From Octopus bimaculoides (lineage: Eukaryota), in the NCBI RefSeq assembly GCF_001194135.2, contig NC_068984.1, forward strand, positions 44,471,177 through 44,535,176: 64,000 nt of DNA. Direction: 5' to 3'. Each line of letters starts with the position of its first letter. Position 1 is the stretch's first letter. Position numbers and translations under genes: made by a program. The notes beneath the pieces were generated by a model. The model did not search any database. It saw only the letters and a list, made by a program, of their open reading frames with translations, and was not told the origin of the DNA. Of the stretch, positions 25,301 through 37,421 are shown piece by piece.

Positions 25301-28300
25301 TCACTAACTTGTCAAGAAAGTAGTTTTTTTTCCTAGACAAGAGTCTAACAGATCAGACTTACCATTCTCACACTGATTAAGTGTTACATCCATGTTTATA
25401 GCAGTTAGAGATGCCATAAGTCCAGCAGATACATCAGCACTTTTCGTTTCCAGAGAGATAACAATTTGGTCAGAGGTAAGTGAAAACTGGTCAATCCAGT
25501 TCAAAGTTGATAGAAACTGGAAGGTTGCTTCTGTAATGGATCAAGAAGATATTATATCTACATAATTATATACACGAGATAAATACAGCATATATAGGAC
25601 ATGTACATCCAAATGGGCTATTATTACATAGTATAGAAAGGAATATGTGTAGATTAATTGAAATAACTGACACTTCATGTAGAAGTACTTCCAATATAAC
25701 TCACAGAGAAAACATGTTTCTTCTGCATGAAGTATTACTGTTGCTGTATATATGTTTGTGTCTCCTTGTCTTGACATCGCACAATAATTGTAAATGAGTG
25801 TCACTGTCATATAAGCAGACTTATTTAATTCCAATATTCTGCAAAAACAAGGGGAGATATTTTTCCATGCTTGCATGGGTCAGATGGAGTTTATTGAGGC
25901 AGGATTTCTATGGTCAGATGCCGCCCTTACTGTTGCCAACCCTTAGCTGTTTCCAAGCAAGGTAATATTTCCACACATAATATCGGTCAGATATGTTTGC
26001 ACAGAATATCAGAATGAAAGACATTCATTTAGAACAATCATGTGATGCCAAGATAAGGATATATATAATTATATATATAACAAACTTTTTTTCAGTTTCC
26101 GTCTACCAAATCCACTTGCAAGGGTTTGGTTGGCCCAGGGCTATAGTAGATGTTAGCCAAAGTGAAATGCAGTTGGATTGAGCACAAAACCATGTGGTTG
26201 GGATGTAAATTTTTCAACCACACAGCCACACACACACACACACAATACTTATAAGTTAATATTCATAGTCAACATACAAATAAGTCAAGTTTACTTATTT
26301 TTCCATAGATTGGGAAAATGACGAATAGCCTTAATCAATTTTTGATCCTTACTGGGATTTCATCAAAGGTGTGAACATCATTTGACCAATCCCAGAGACA
26401 TAAGCACTGAATCTGTTTATATACTCATCAAATCCAGTACCTCCAGTCAATTGGAGCTACTAATCTGCATAGCAAAAGTGTTTAATACAAACTGTCCCAC
26501 CTTTGAGGTAATTAAATTAATAAAACCAGTTTACATATTTCTTTTGCATTCTCTTTTATCATGTTTTTATAATTATCATTTTCCTTGTAACTGCACCTTT
26601 TCAGTTTTGAAACCCATAAAAAATTATTTTTGGGTGGTTTTGTGTGGCTGGAACGGATTAATTATATTTTAATTACTTTCAATGGGGAAAATTGATTTGT
26701 AAAACAGGTAAATCGTAAAACAAACTCAGTCATGGAACAAATTAAACTCATACTGCAAGGTATCATTGTAGCATAACACATATATAGATATACATACAAG
26801 ACATATATAAATACAGGTATACAGGGTGGCCCAAAAGTAGGGTTACAGTTATTCAACTATCTCTTTCGCATTCATATATTAACAGTTTAGATCTTAATTA
26901 TAAAAAAAAATTAAACCATTATTCTCTGTTAATTTAGTTTATTTTGTCAAGCTCCCTTTTCAGTTTGTAAGATAGAAATTTAAATGTAATAAAATGTTTT
27001 AAAAGAAATTTAAAGTGCTTACATGATAACTGTAAACCTACTTTTGGGCCACCCTGGATATTATATACATATAAGATGGACAAATGGACAGACAGATGGA
27101 TACATTGTAAATATAAAATGTAATCATGTGGGTGAATTAGTTGTGAGTTCAAAGTGAAAGTACCTTGAGGTTTTGGGGTTTGTACTTCAGAGTTGGCATT
27201 ATCTGCTGACTGTTTGTCTTGATACGTCCTGCTATTTAATTTGATGCTTTGTTCAATTTGATTGAAGAGTTCTTGCATTAGGAGCAACATGTCTGGACTG
27301 ATGTTTAATTTCAACGGTCGTTCCATGTGCAATGATACATGAGCTGAAACAGAAAACTATTTGTTTTAGTTACAGGAAACATTTTAATTCAGCTCACTTG
27401 TTTAGATAAAAGGAAAGACAGAATGAATCTGTAGAAAACGTTCATTTCTGCTATAACAACAATACAACAGATTAAATAATATTTGTGGAAGATGTGAATG
27501 ATGTGCAATAGCTGGAGAAGTACCAGTTGACTATAGTTTGTGGCATATACAACACTGGTTTAAGGATACTGGACAACCAGCCACTGGTTTGTTACTTTAT
27601 CTTATTCATGGCACCAATATAAGAAAGACAACTTTGTCTTACACAAGACTAAATAATCCAGTTTATTCAACATTGCTTCCAATCAATCCTTCAAGGCAAC
27701 CATGATCAGAAATGAGATAGATCACCAACAGCATGAAAGAGAGAGTATGTATATGAGTGTGAGGTGATAAGTATGGTAGGATGGCAGGACAGGAAGTAAT
27801 ATTTATTTTTCTTACCACAACAGCTAAAGACATCAATTTAGCAAGAATCCAATAGTAACAGATTGATAATATTTTTTATCTTTAACTTGTTCCAGTTATT
27901 AGACTTCGGCCATCTTGGAACAGTGTCTTGAAGAATTTTAGTCAAACAAATCAACCCTAGTACTTATTTTTTTAAAGCCTGGTGCTTATTCTATTGACCT
28001 CTTTTGCCAAACCACTAGGGATGTAGACACGCCAACACTGGTTATCAAGTGGGGGGGGGGGGACCAACACCAACACACACACACACATGATAAGCTTTCA
28101 GTTTCTATCTAACAAATCTACTCACAAGGCTTCAGTCAGGGCGACGCTATAGCAGAAGGCACTTACCCAAAGTGCCATGCAGTGGGACTGAATATTGTTT
28201 TATTTTTTTATCATTTTGTCAGTTTCAGCTCAAAGTTGTAGCCATGTTCCGGCACTGCCGGTGGCAGATATTTTAAACATAATTTGACAAAATTTATAAA

Positions 28301-31300
28301 TGCATAGCAAACATCTCCAAACATCAAAACTCTGCCCCCAAGAGAAAAAATACAATTAATAACAACTATTTATAAAAATAATGATAAATTAAATAGATAC
28401 ATATGCTAATAGAAATTGAGAATAATATGAGAAGGGAAACAGACTCCACCATAATACTTTGAGCCCTTCATCCTTCCAAAGTCAATAAAAGAAGTCCCAG
28501 ACAAGTACTGGAATTAATATTATTACCTATACTACCTTTTGAAGATAAATCCTTAGCATGGCCAGAGTCCATTAGCTGAAACTCAGTAACAGAATAGAAA
28601 AACACCTACCTGGTTTGTGGAGAAAATCTGTTAACCTCAGGGTGAAAAAACTTGGAGGTACACCAGTCTTTGGATGGGGCTGTCCAGCACGAGTTTCAAT
28701 CCAACACTGGTTGAAGTCAGCATATTCTGGTAATAACTTATTGGCATCAACTTTAAATAGAAAAAAAAATGAAGAGGTAAAAAGTCATTATAAAAGGTAA
28801 TTTTTGAAAATATCTATAAAATTTTAAACGTCTCAGAATATTTCCAGTTACAGATTTTATATAATAGAGCACTGGCCATAATTTGAAACTGATGAAGCAC
28901 TACGGTCTTAGTGAGCCTAACAAACAAGAAGCACTACTAGTCTTAGTGAGTCTAACAAACAAGACAGCTTCTGCTCCTACTTTCTAGTCAAAAGATTCTC
29001 AGCAGGAAGAGTAGGTACAAGTAAAACTATTTTGCCACCTAAAACCATTGTATAAAACCTTTTCTAAAATAAAATTATTAAGAAACAATAAAAACATGTT
29101 TTGTTTTTTAAAATCTTACCTAAAAGCTTATGACTGGCAGAAGGTCCTTTCACCATGACGTCATAGAAGGACATTTCAAACTTCTGACCTTCAGGCTGCA
29201 AAGCAACCACTGTGTGTGGTTGAGAGAAGTACAAGTAAAGGTAAGGCACAATGTACAGGCTGACCTTAATCTGTGAAGAAGTGGGTTCATCGGGTTTGTT
29301 AAAAATTCCATCAATGGCTGACATCTGTTCACCTACACTGAAAGACTTTAATAATGATGGGACATGTTCTTGATACATCGATGGAAGTGTGCTGCTTGGA
29401 TAAGAACTTACACCTCCCTCGTGCTGTTCTTTGCTTTGTAAATACTGATGGGAATAAACCATGCAAGATATACGACCAGCTGTCAGTAAAACTTCCAAAG
29501 GCATTTCCAAGGTCATCGCCAACATAGGGGATATTGAGGAAGATGGTTTCAAAGGATTCTTCGGTGGAAGAGAGGAACATGATAATGACGTAGCTGTGTG
29601 TCGAGAGGTTTTATGTAAACTTTCTATCCCCTTGTAGTTAGTCGTTGTTGATATTTCACTTCCTAGACCACTGTCGGCCACTTGAGAACTCTCAGTGAAA
29701 ACATGACCCAAACGATCAGCATTGTCCATATGCTGCACACTTCCTTTGGGAATATCAATTTCAAAGAAACAAGATATGTTCTTGTTGATAACTTGCTGTA
29801 ATAATGAGATCTGGTTAATACTGATGAAGAAATCTAGTTCAGTGGTGACATTTACTTCCAGAGCAGCTCCACACACAAGGAAGTCCGCCTATACAAAACA
29901 GACAAATGATTTTAGTCTCAAGTATTATATTAAAAATTTTAGTTAAAGAATGAAATATGCATTTAGAATTTACATGACAAAAAAAAACAGATTTACAAAC
30001 CTCACAAAATAATGATTTCTTAAAAATAAAACTAAGAAATGTACCTAGCACATAAAGTAGACAGCTTTGATATATTAGCATGTTTCTAAATTATTCCACA
30101 AAAAATTGCATTATTCATATTGCTTATATATTATATTATATTATATTATATTATATTTATATTGCTTATTATTTATATTATTATATTGCTCTTTGCAAAC
30201 ACAGTACATTATTAGGATTCTATTATCTAATTATATTTCAAAATCTGTTATAGTCAATTTTCATCTAATTCTTTACAGTACGGTCTGTTACAAGGGGTTA
30301 ATAAGGTTTGTTGCACTTCTACAACCTGGACATTGATACAGTTACACTGCATCTGTTGAAAATCAGTTACTAGCAACCCCAGAGATTTACTTTCCATTTG
30401 TTCTTTTATTTTCTCCTTTGTTTCTTCTCTCAGTTGTATCAAATTTTATGTAGATCAGTTTAATATATAAATTCTTTTATCTTCTGATCAGCTGTCCTTT
30501 TGTGGATGATAAAATCATTTTCCATTTTTTTTTTTTTGTTGTCGTCTTTTTTTAACTTAGACTGGTGGGTTTTCTGCATTGTTGCTTTTTGAACTTCAGA
30601 CTTGTGGGTCTTATGTCACTTTCAATTCCTTCCTGTTTTCTTTCTCTCCTAGTTACTTTCAGGGAGATTTGCACACAATCTTACATAACATTTTATAAGC
30701 TACACTTTCTTTTTTTCTTTCTTGCCTTTAACCCTCCAACACGAAGTATAGGCCACTTATAATTGAATTCCATGTCGCATAATTTTTCGCTTCTGTACTT
30801 ATACTCTGCCATGAATGTCCTCCTTTCTCTAGTTCCTTTTGTGTTGATCTACGCCACAAGTTCTTAGGCCTACCCCTCTTTCTATATCCATCTGGATTCC
30901 ACTGTAAAGCACTTTTCACTACATTTGGTGTGTCTTTTCTAATTGTGCTATACCAATCCACTTCCACTTTTTCTTAAATATTTGCTCCCTAATCGAAACT
31001 TAATTCATTCTTTGCCTTAGCTCCATATTGCTTATGTGTTTGGGCCATCTGATTTTAAGTATACTACGCATAAACAAATTTAGTGTAGCTTATCAGTGTT
31101 TTCGTAAATTGATTACGAAAACACTGATAAGCTACGCTAAATTTCTTAATTTGTAGTTGATATGTAGGTTTGTTGCACATATGCAACAAATAGAGGTGTA
31201 CTGAGCAAAATGGAAGGGTTTACAAATATTTGATTGATCTGATGGAGCTACTAGTTTTTCTAGATTCTTTTTTTACCCAACCCCCCACCAAACAACTTTA

Positions 31301-34300
31301 ATACTGAGATTCGTTTTCTTTATGTTATTAGCTACTTCACTCCTGAGTGTGACATCAATACACATTACACTGCTAAACTTTTTTTGCTATCATGCCACCC
31401 ACTAGGTTTAATTATGATATTATTATATTATTTTCTTACTATTCTAAAATTTATGACATAAAAGGCATATTCCACCAGCATTTTTTAAATATTTTCAAAT
31501 CTTTTCTTGGCTCTTTTATACATGCTAACACTATCTTTTATGTGCAGTCATATAACAATATGCAGAGAAAAAACCCTAGATGTGCTTCTGCTGTTCATGT
31601 GGTTGGTACATTTGAGACAAACATTTTGTTGTTGACCTTTGGAGAAGACCTAGTAAGCCAAGTGAGACCATAACTGTAGCCTATGCCAGTGCTATATAAC
31701 CAGCCCATTTAAGAGTACTCTCCAATCATTGGACAATAAACTATGCTTGTGAAGACCTATTGAGGCAAGTGAAATCGTTGTCATGGCCGATGACAGTACC
31801 GCTTGATTGACACCCATGCCAGTGGAACTTTAAAAGCACCATTCAAGCGTGATCGTTGCCAGGGCCGCTGACTGGCTTCTGTGCCGGTAGCACATAAAAA
31901 ACACCATTCGAGCATGGTCGTTGCCAGCGTCGCCTGACTGGCTCCTGTACCAGTGGCACATAAAAAACAACATTCGAGCATGGTCGTTGCCAGTGTCACT
32001 GGACTGGCTCCTGTGCAGGTGGCATGTAAAAAGCACCATTTGAACATGGCTGATGCCAGTACTGTCTGACTGGCCCTCATGCCAGTGGCACGTAAAAGCA
32101 CCCACTACACCCTTGGAGTGGTTGGCATTAGGAAGGGCATCCAGCTGTAGAAACTTTGCCAGATCAGATTGGAGCCTGGTGCAGCCTTCTGGCTCGCCAG
32201 CCCTCAGTCAAACCATCCAACCCATGCCAGCTTGGAAAGCAGACGTTAAATGACGACGATGATGATGATGATTATGCAATCTGTCTTTAGTAGGCTTGGT
32301 TCAGTAGTTTTCAACATAATAGTCTTTCTTGATTACTGGGTGGTTTCGTTATAGTTTTTTTATAATGTGAGTGAGATATACAGTTTGAGTGTTTCATGGA
32401 TGGTTACTGTCTTTATTCATAATTTCATGTACAGTATGGCTAATCTGTTGTTGGTGTGTCTAGATGGGTAGTCACTTGTGACATGGATGGAGTTTGCTGA
32501 GTCCTATAATACACATAACATGTTCTTCAGCCTTCCCACCATTAGTGTAAAGAATAAATTCCAAGATGAGGTTAATGCCATCAACATATTAAGATTTCAG
32601 TGCTATATTAATATTAGAAATAACCATTTTCTTCTGAATTATTTATCCTCAACAGATAGCTAGGTTGAGTTCCATCAGTGGGTCATTTATAATTTTATGT
32701 CTAAAATCAGTACTTAAATGTATCATCATCATCATCATCATCATCATCGTTTAACGTCCGCTTTCCATGCTAGCATGGGTTGGACGATTTGACTGAGGAC
32801 TGGTGAAACCGGATGGCAACACCAGGCTCCAATCTGATTTGGCAGAGTTTCTACAGCTGGATGCCCTTCCTAACGCAAACCACTCAGAGAGTGCAGTTAA
32901 TATATCATTTAATAATTAAAATATGTATAGTATTTAATAACATATACTTAATTGTCTTACCTGAGGTTTCTGCTCCAAATTAGTTGGCCTGTTGTAGACA
33001 ATAGGTGGAGCTACAACCACTTTTAGGTTGAAATTGTATGCTAGAGGAACCAAAATTACATCAACGTTCTCTCGTCTGGTAATGATAAAGACACAAGAAT
33101 TAATTACAATTACAGAAGTTTATCAAATAAAACAAGAGAAAGAAAATTAATGGTTCCACTACAAACCAAACCCCTTTAAAATTTTAATAACCATTTTTCC
33201 GTTCTGGCATATCACAAGTCAGCACTTCATGTGATGAACATTCTAAAATCTTTCACCTCAGCACGTTTTCTATATCTTCCTCAGTCTTCCTTTATGCAGC
33301 ACCCAACACTCACCATTCCTCCAGCCTAGTCTCTGATGAGATTTGAACTCAGAATGTAAAGATGTAACTTAATATCAAAAGTCACTTTGTCCAACATTTT
33401 GCTGATTAACAAAGGCATAAGTATAGAAAGTCATTATAACTTACTGGTTTGGGTATTGAAGTGTGTTCCATTCAAGTGCTGGAATTTGAACAGTAGGGGA
33501 GACTGTCTCAGGAAATCCAGTGCTTTTGGAACTCTTTTTGACAAAATCTTGCCAATGCCCTATACAAAAGAAAAGAATAGATTTTCATTATCTCATTGAT
33601 TTGAACCATAACAGTTGACTGTTATGATTCAAATTAATTAAAGGAGTAAAAGAACAGACTAAATATTCCTTAATTCCAGGCATTATTTACCATTGAGCTG
33701 TAATCTATAAGTTTTTGTTAAAACTCTAAAATATCTTCAAACAAGAACAAATTATTGAATTATAGACAAGGAGAATGCTACTACCCTTGAAGCAGTTTAT
33801 ACAAGGAATGGATGAATCACATAAGTATAGATAAAATAGTTTTGGAAGTGTTTGAAAATAAAGGAAATGAAGTTAAATATAATCACGTCATGAATTATTT
33901 TTGATTTTCTTTTTCTTCTTAATTTCAAAAGACATAATCTATCATTATTATATATTTTATGAGACTCAACAACATCTAGCTGTTACTGCCAGCCATAAAT
34001 TCTCAATAATTTCCAGTAGATTACGTGCAGATTAGGCAGATAAATTGAGTGAAGGGAAAAACCAGTAATGAAATGCAATTTTTAACAGCTTATTCAGAAG
34101 AAAACAACAATGACTTTCACAGCACCATTAAGGCTGGTACGAAACAAGAGGAGGAAGAAATCCCTGCTCATAGGTTATTGCAGAAAGAAGTAGCATATCA
34201 AAGTACCCAGTTATCCTGAGCCCAGATACTTAGTCCTAATGTCTGCAACAGAGTGGACCCTGTCCAAGACAACCCAAAGGCCAGCTGGTGGTGTTAAACT

Positions 34301-37128
34301 GAGTGGGGTATTAGTTTTACTAACAAAGAACAAGTACAGTTTGGCAGACTATCTACATAATTTTCTTCACATGGCTTGGGCTGATCCAAACTATGGTAGA
34401 AGGCACTTGTCTAAGATAGCTTGCAACATGATAAAACCTTGAATAATGTAATTTTCTTTTTTAAATTTGGATTGCATATGGTGCTTTTTAAGTTAAATAT
34501 CTAGGTGTAATATTTTTAACACATTATTTCATTAATAAAACTCAGTCTTATAAATGTCATCTCAGAAAAATCATTAGACTTACCAGAAGAGAGGGAAAGC
34601 CCTTTGATATCAAATTGATATTGCCTATCTTCAATGGCTGATCCAGGTTGGTGAGTGATCCCAGCTTGAAGTGCATGAGCAAAGAGATGTTTGCATACTA
34701 CATAGCGAGGTAGAGGATTGTCAGCTTGAGACGATAAGCTCAACAGATGAAACTGAAGTAATAGCATGTCATGATCCAAAGTTGCATTTGACATGTTTTT
34801 CGGAGTTCTAGCATCAGTTCCATTTTGACCATTGGGAAAGAACATACGTAAGCAAGACAGATTGACATACATTAATGGCAAGCTGCTCGTAGTGAAAGAA
34901 AACGAAGGAGCTTTTTGGGTGGCTTCACTCTCTGTACGTGTGGTTACTCCACTTCTGCAAAGTTTGTGTAAACTTGACATCAACAGAGAAAGCTCGGCAA
35001 TATCAAACACGGACTTAATGGCTGGCAAGTAAATTACCACATCGCATGGTTCCATACTTAGACATACCTCAGAAATGTACTTATGGAAGTAGAGGTTTTC
35101 ACCAGAACTCGATGCTTCGATATCATGAAGGCCAATAAGTTCAACGTTTAATTTACAAAGCCGCCTCTTGACATTTTTACACAAAGCTCGCGTAAATGTC
35201 AATGACAGAAAACCATGTCTTTTCTCTCTTGGTTGATCTGTAGTTGATTGAAACAAATTGACAGTAGATGTCTGAAGACCATTATCGGATAAAGACCAAA
35301 GACGGGGTCCAACAATCTGTGTGTTTGACACTAAATCAGGAGTACAAGAAAGTATTATACCCTCATAAGGCCCCTTTCTCCAGTTATTACTGTCAGACCT
35401 GAAATATAAATACATTTTGTTAAAGGGAAAAAATAAATTTAATACAATATGTACAGATAATACACAAATATAGATTGCAACATACAAGTACAGTACATAG
35501 ATGTGTGTGTGTGTGTGTGTGTGTGTGCGGGTGCATGTGTGCATATGTGTGTGCTAGAGTGTGTTGTACATAATATGATGCATGCATTTTGATATATAAA
35601 TTTGTATTGTAAAAGTGAATGAAGAAGCATTTTAGGTGTGTCAGAAAGAGTGTAATCACTTCAGTTCTGCAAAGTTTGTGCAAACTCAACAACAGAGAGA
35701 GCTTGGCAATATCAGGCATGGAGTTTATGTATTGTACTGTATCATCATTTTCATCTGACATGAGTTGGACAGTTCAACAGGATCTAACAAGTCAGGGGAC
35801 CACGTCCAAACAGTTGCAAATGTCAAAAAGTATAAATGTGACGGTCTCCGGACACAACATAATTTGCTTCAACACATGAATTCACAAAAAGAATCTTGAA
35901 AACCAGATACAAAAACGAAGTATAAATAGAATCTTTCAGCAAAACAACGTTATAATACCAACTGTTGACACAGAATCAAGAACAGAGATATCTAGCAAGC
36001 AGACACATATTACTATCTACTCGTGACATAGTGCACTACGTAGTACCAGGATCCACTTCAGTAAGGTATAACAGGAGTAGAAGAACTACAGATTTTTCCT
36101 AAATTTTTAATCAACTATTTCTGTGTTATAATTCAGTAAACAGAGGTGACTGAAATAAACCCTTTCACATTTAAACTAGCCATATCTAGCCCAAATATTC
36201 TATCTTGTTTTATGGTCAAACTGGCCACATCCAATCTCTCACACCTACCCTACAAAGTTGTTTTAAAAATAATCCCATCATTGATAAGCTATAAGAGATA
36301 ATCTATAGTTAATTCAAAACAATGTGAATAAATAAGCATTACATTTTACAGTAATCTGAACGCTAAAGGGTTAATCCACAATAATAACAGAATTAAAGAA
36401 CGCATATTATAACTTAATTCTATTATCCATAGTTGATATACAGTTAACTTTAGGATCATGTAATGAATCAGATTCAAAACATTTGAAGATATTTTTAACC
36501 CTTTTAATACGATTTGTCCAAGATTGCTCCCCATTATGATACGAACTTCTTCTTTGAAAGAAATCTAAATCAAAATCTTCCTTCAAAATTTCATGTTATT
36601 TTCCAAACACTAGACAAAGTTACTTTACTAAATTTTTCATTATTTCCAAAACTAACTGAAAAAACAAAAGGCAGTACATTTCAACAGACATATCATAAAC
36701 AGAACAGTAAAGACAGAAGATAAACTTGTAAGGAAAACTTGGCAGCTATTTCTAACTATTTTTAGCTGATCAAGAACCTTCTAAAGGCTCTTTCTCTAAA
36801 AAGACAGGATGTTTACAGCTGGAACACCTTTGAACATAGGTTTGAGTGATTTTGACTAAAATGGTGCAAATGAACAACAGCTTGTAGATATTCACACATA
36901 CAGGGGAAAATATTAGGAATTTTGCCCTCAATAAATAGAACACATGAAAAACATAAAATTACAGGTCTTAATAATTAGAAACTTACACTAACCTTCTGAA
37001 ATGCTGTGTTATACTGACAGAGCCAATGTTAGCTTTGGCCTTGATGTATATCTCTTGGACATCGATGGAAATTGCCAGTTCCTCTGACAAGCAAACTATT
37101 TGGTTTTCTGTAAATTAATAATAATAAC

Positions 37129-37163
<35 letters not shown>

Positions 37164-37390
37164 TAACAATAATAATCTTTTCTACTATAGGCACAAGGCC
37201 TGAAATTTTGGGGGAGGGGTTATGTCAATTACATTGATCCAGTATGCAACTGGTACTTACTTTACTGACCCCCAAATAATGAAAGGCAAAGTCGACCTTG
37301 GTGGAATTTGAACTCAGAACATAAAGATGGAGGAAATGGCGCTAAGCATTTCACCCAGCATGCTAACAATTCTGCCAGCTCCCCACCTTC

Positions 37391-37421
<31 letters not shown>

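Noticed and set aside
31830-32100. Regularly spaced ~62-bp repeats resembling a CRISPR array (also at 8800, 14150, 38110, 47100, 54900)
   Set aside because: Whole units are homologous with no unique spacers, they sit between an RTE stop codon and its tail, there are no cas genes, and the context is eukaryotic.
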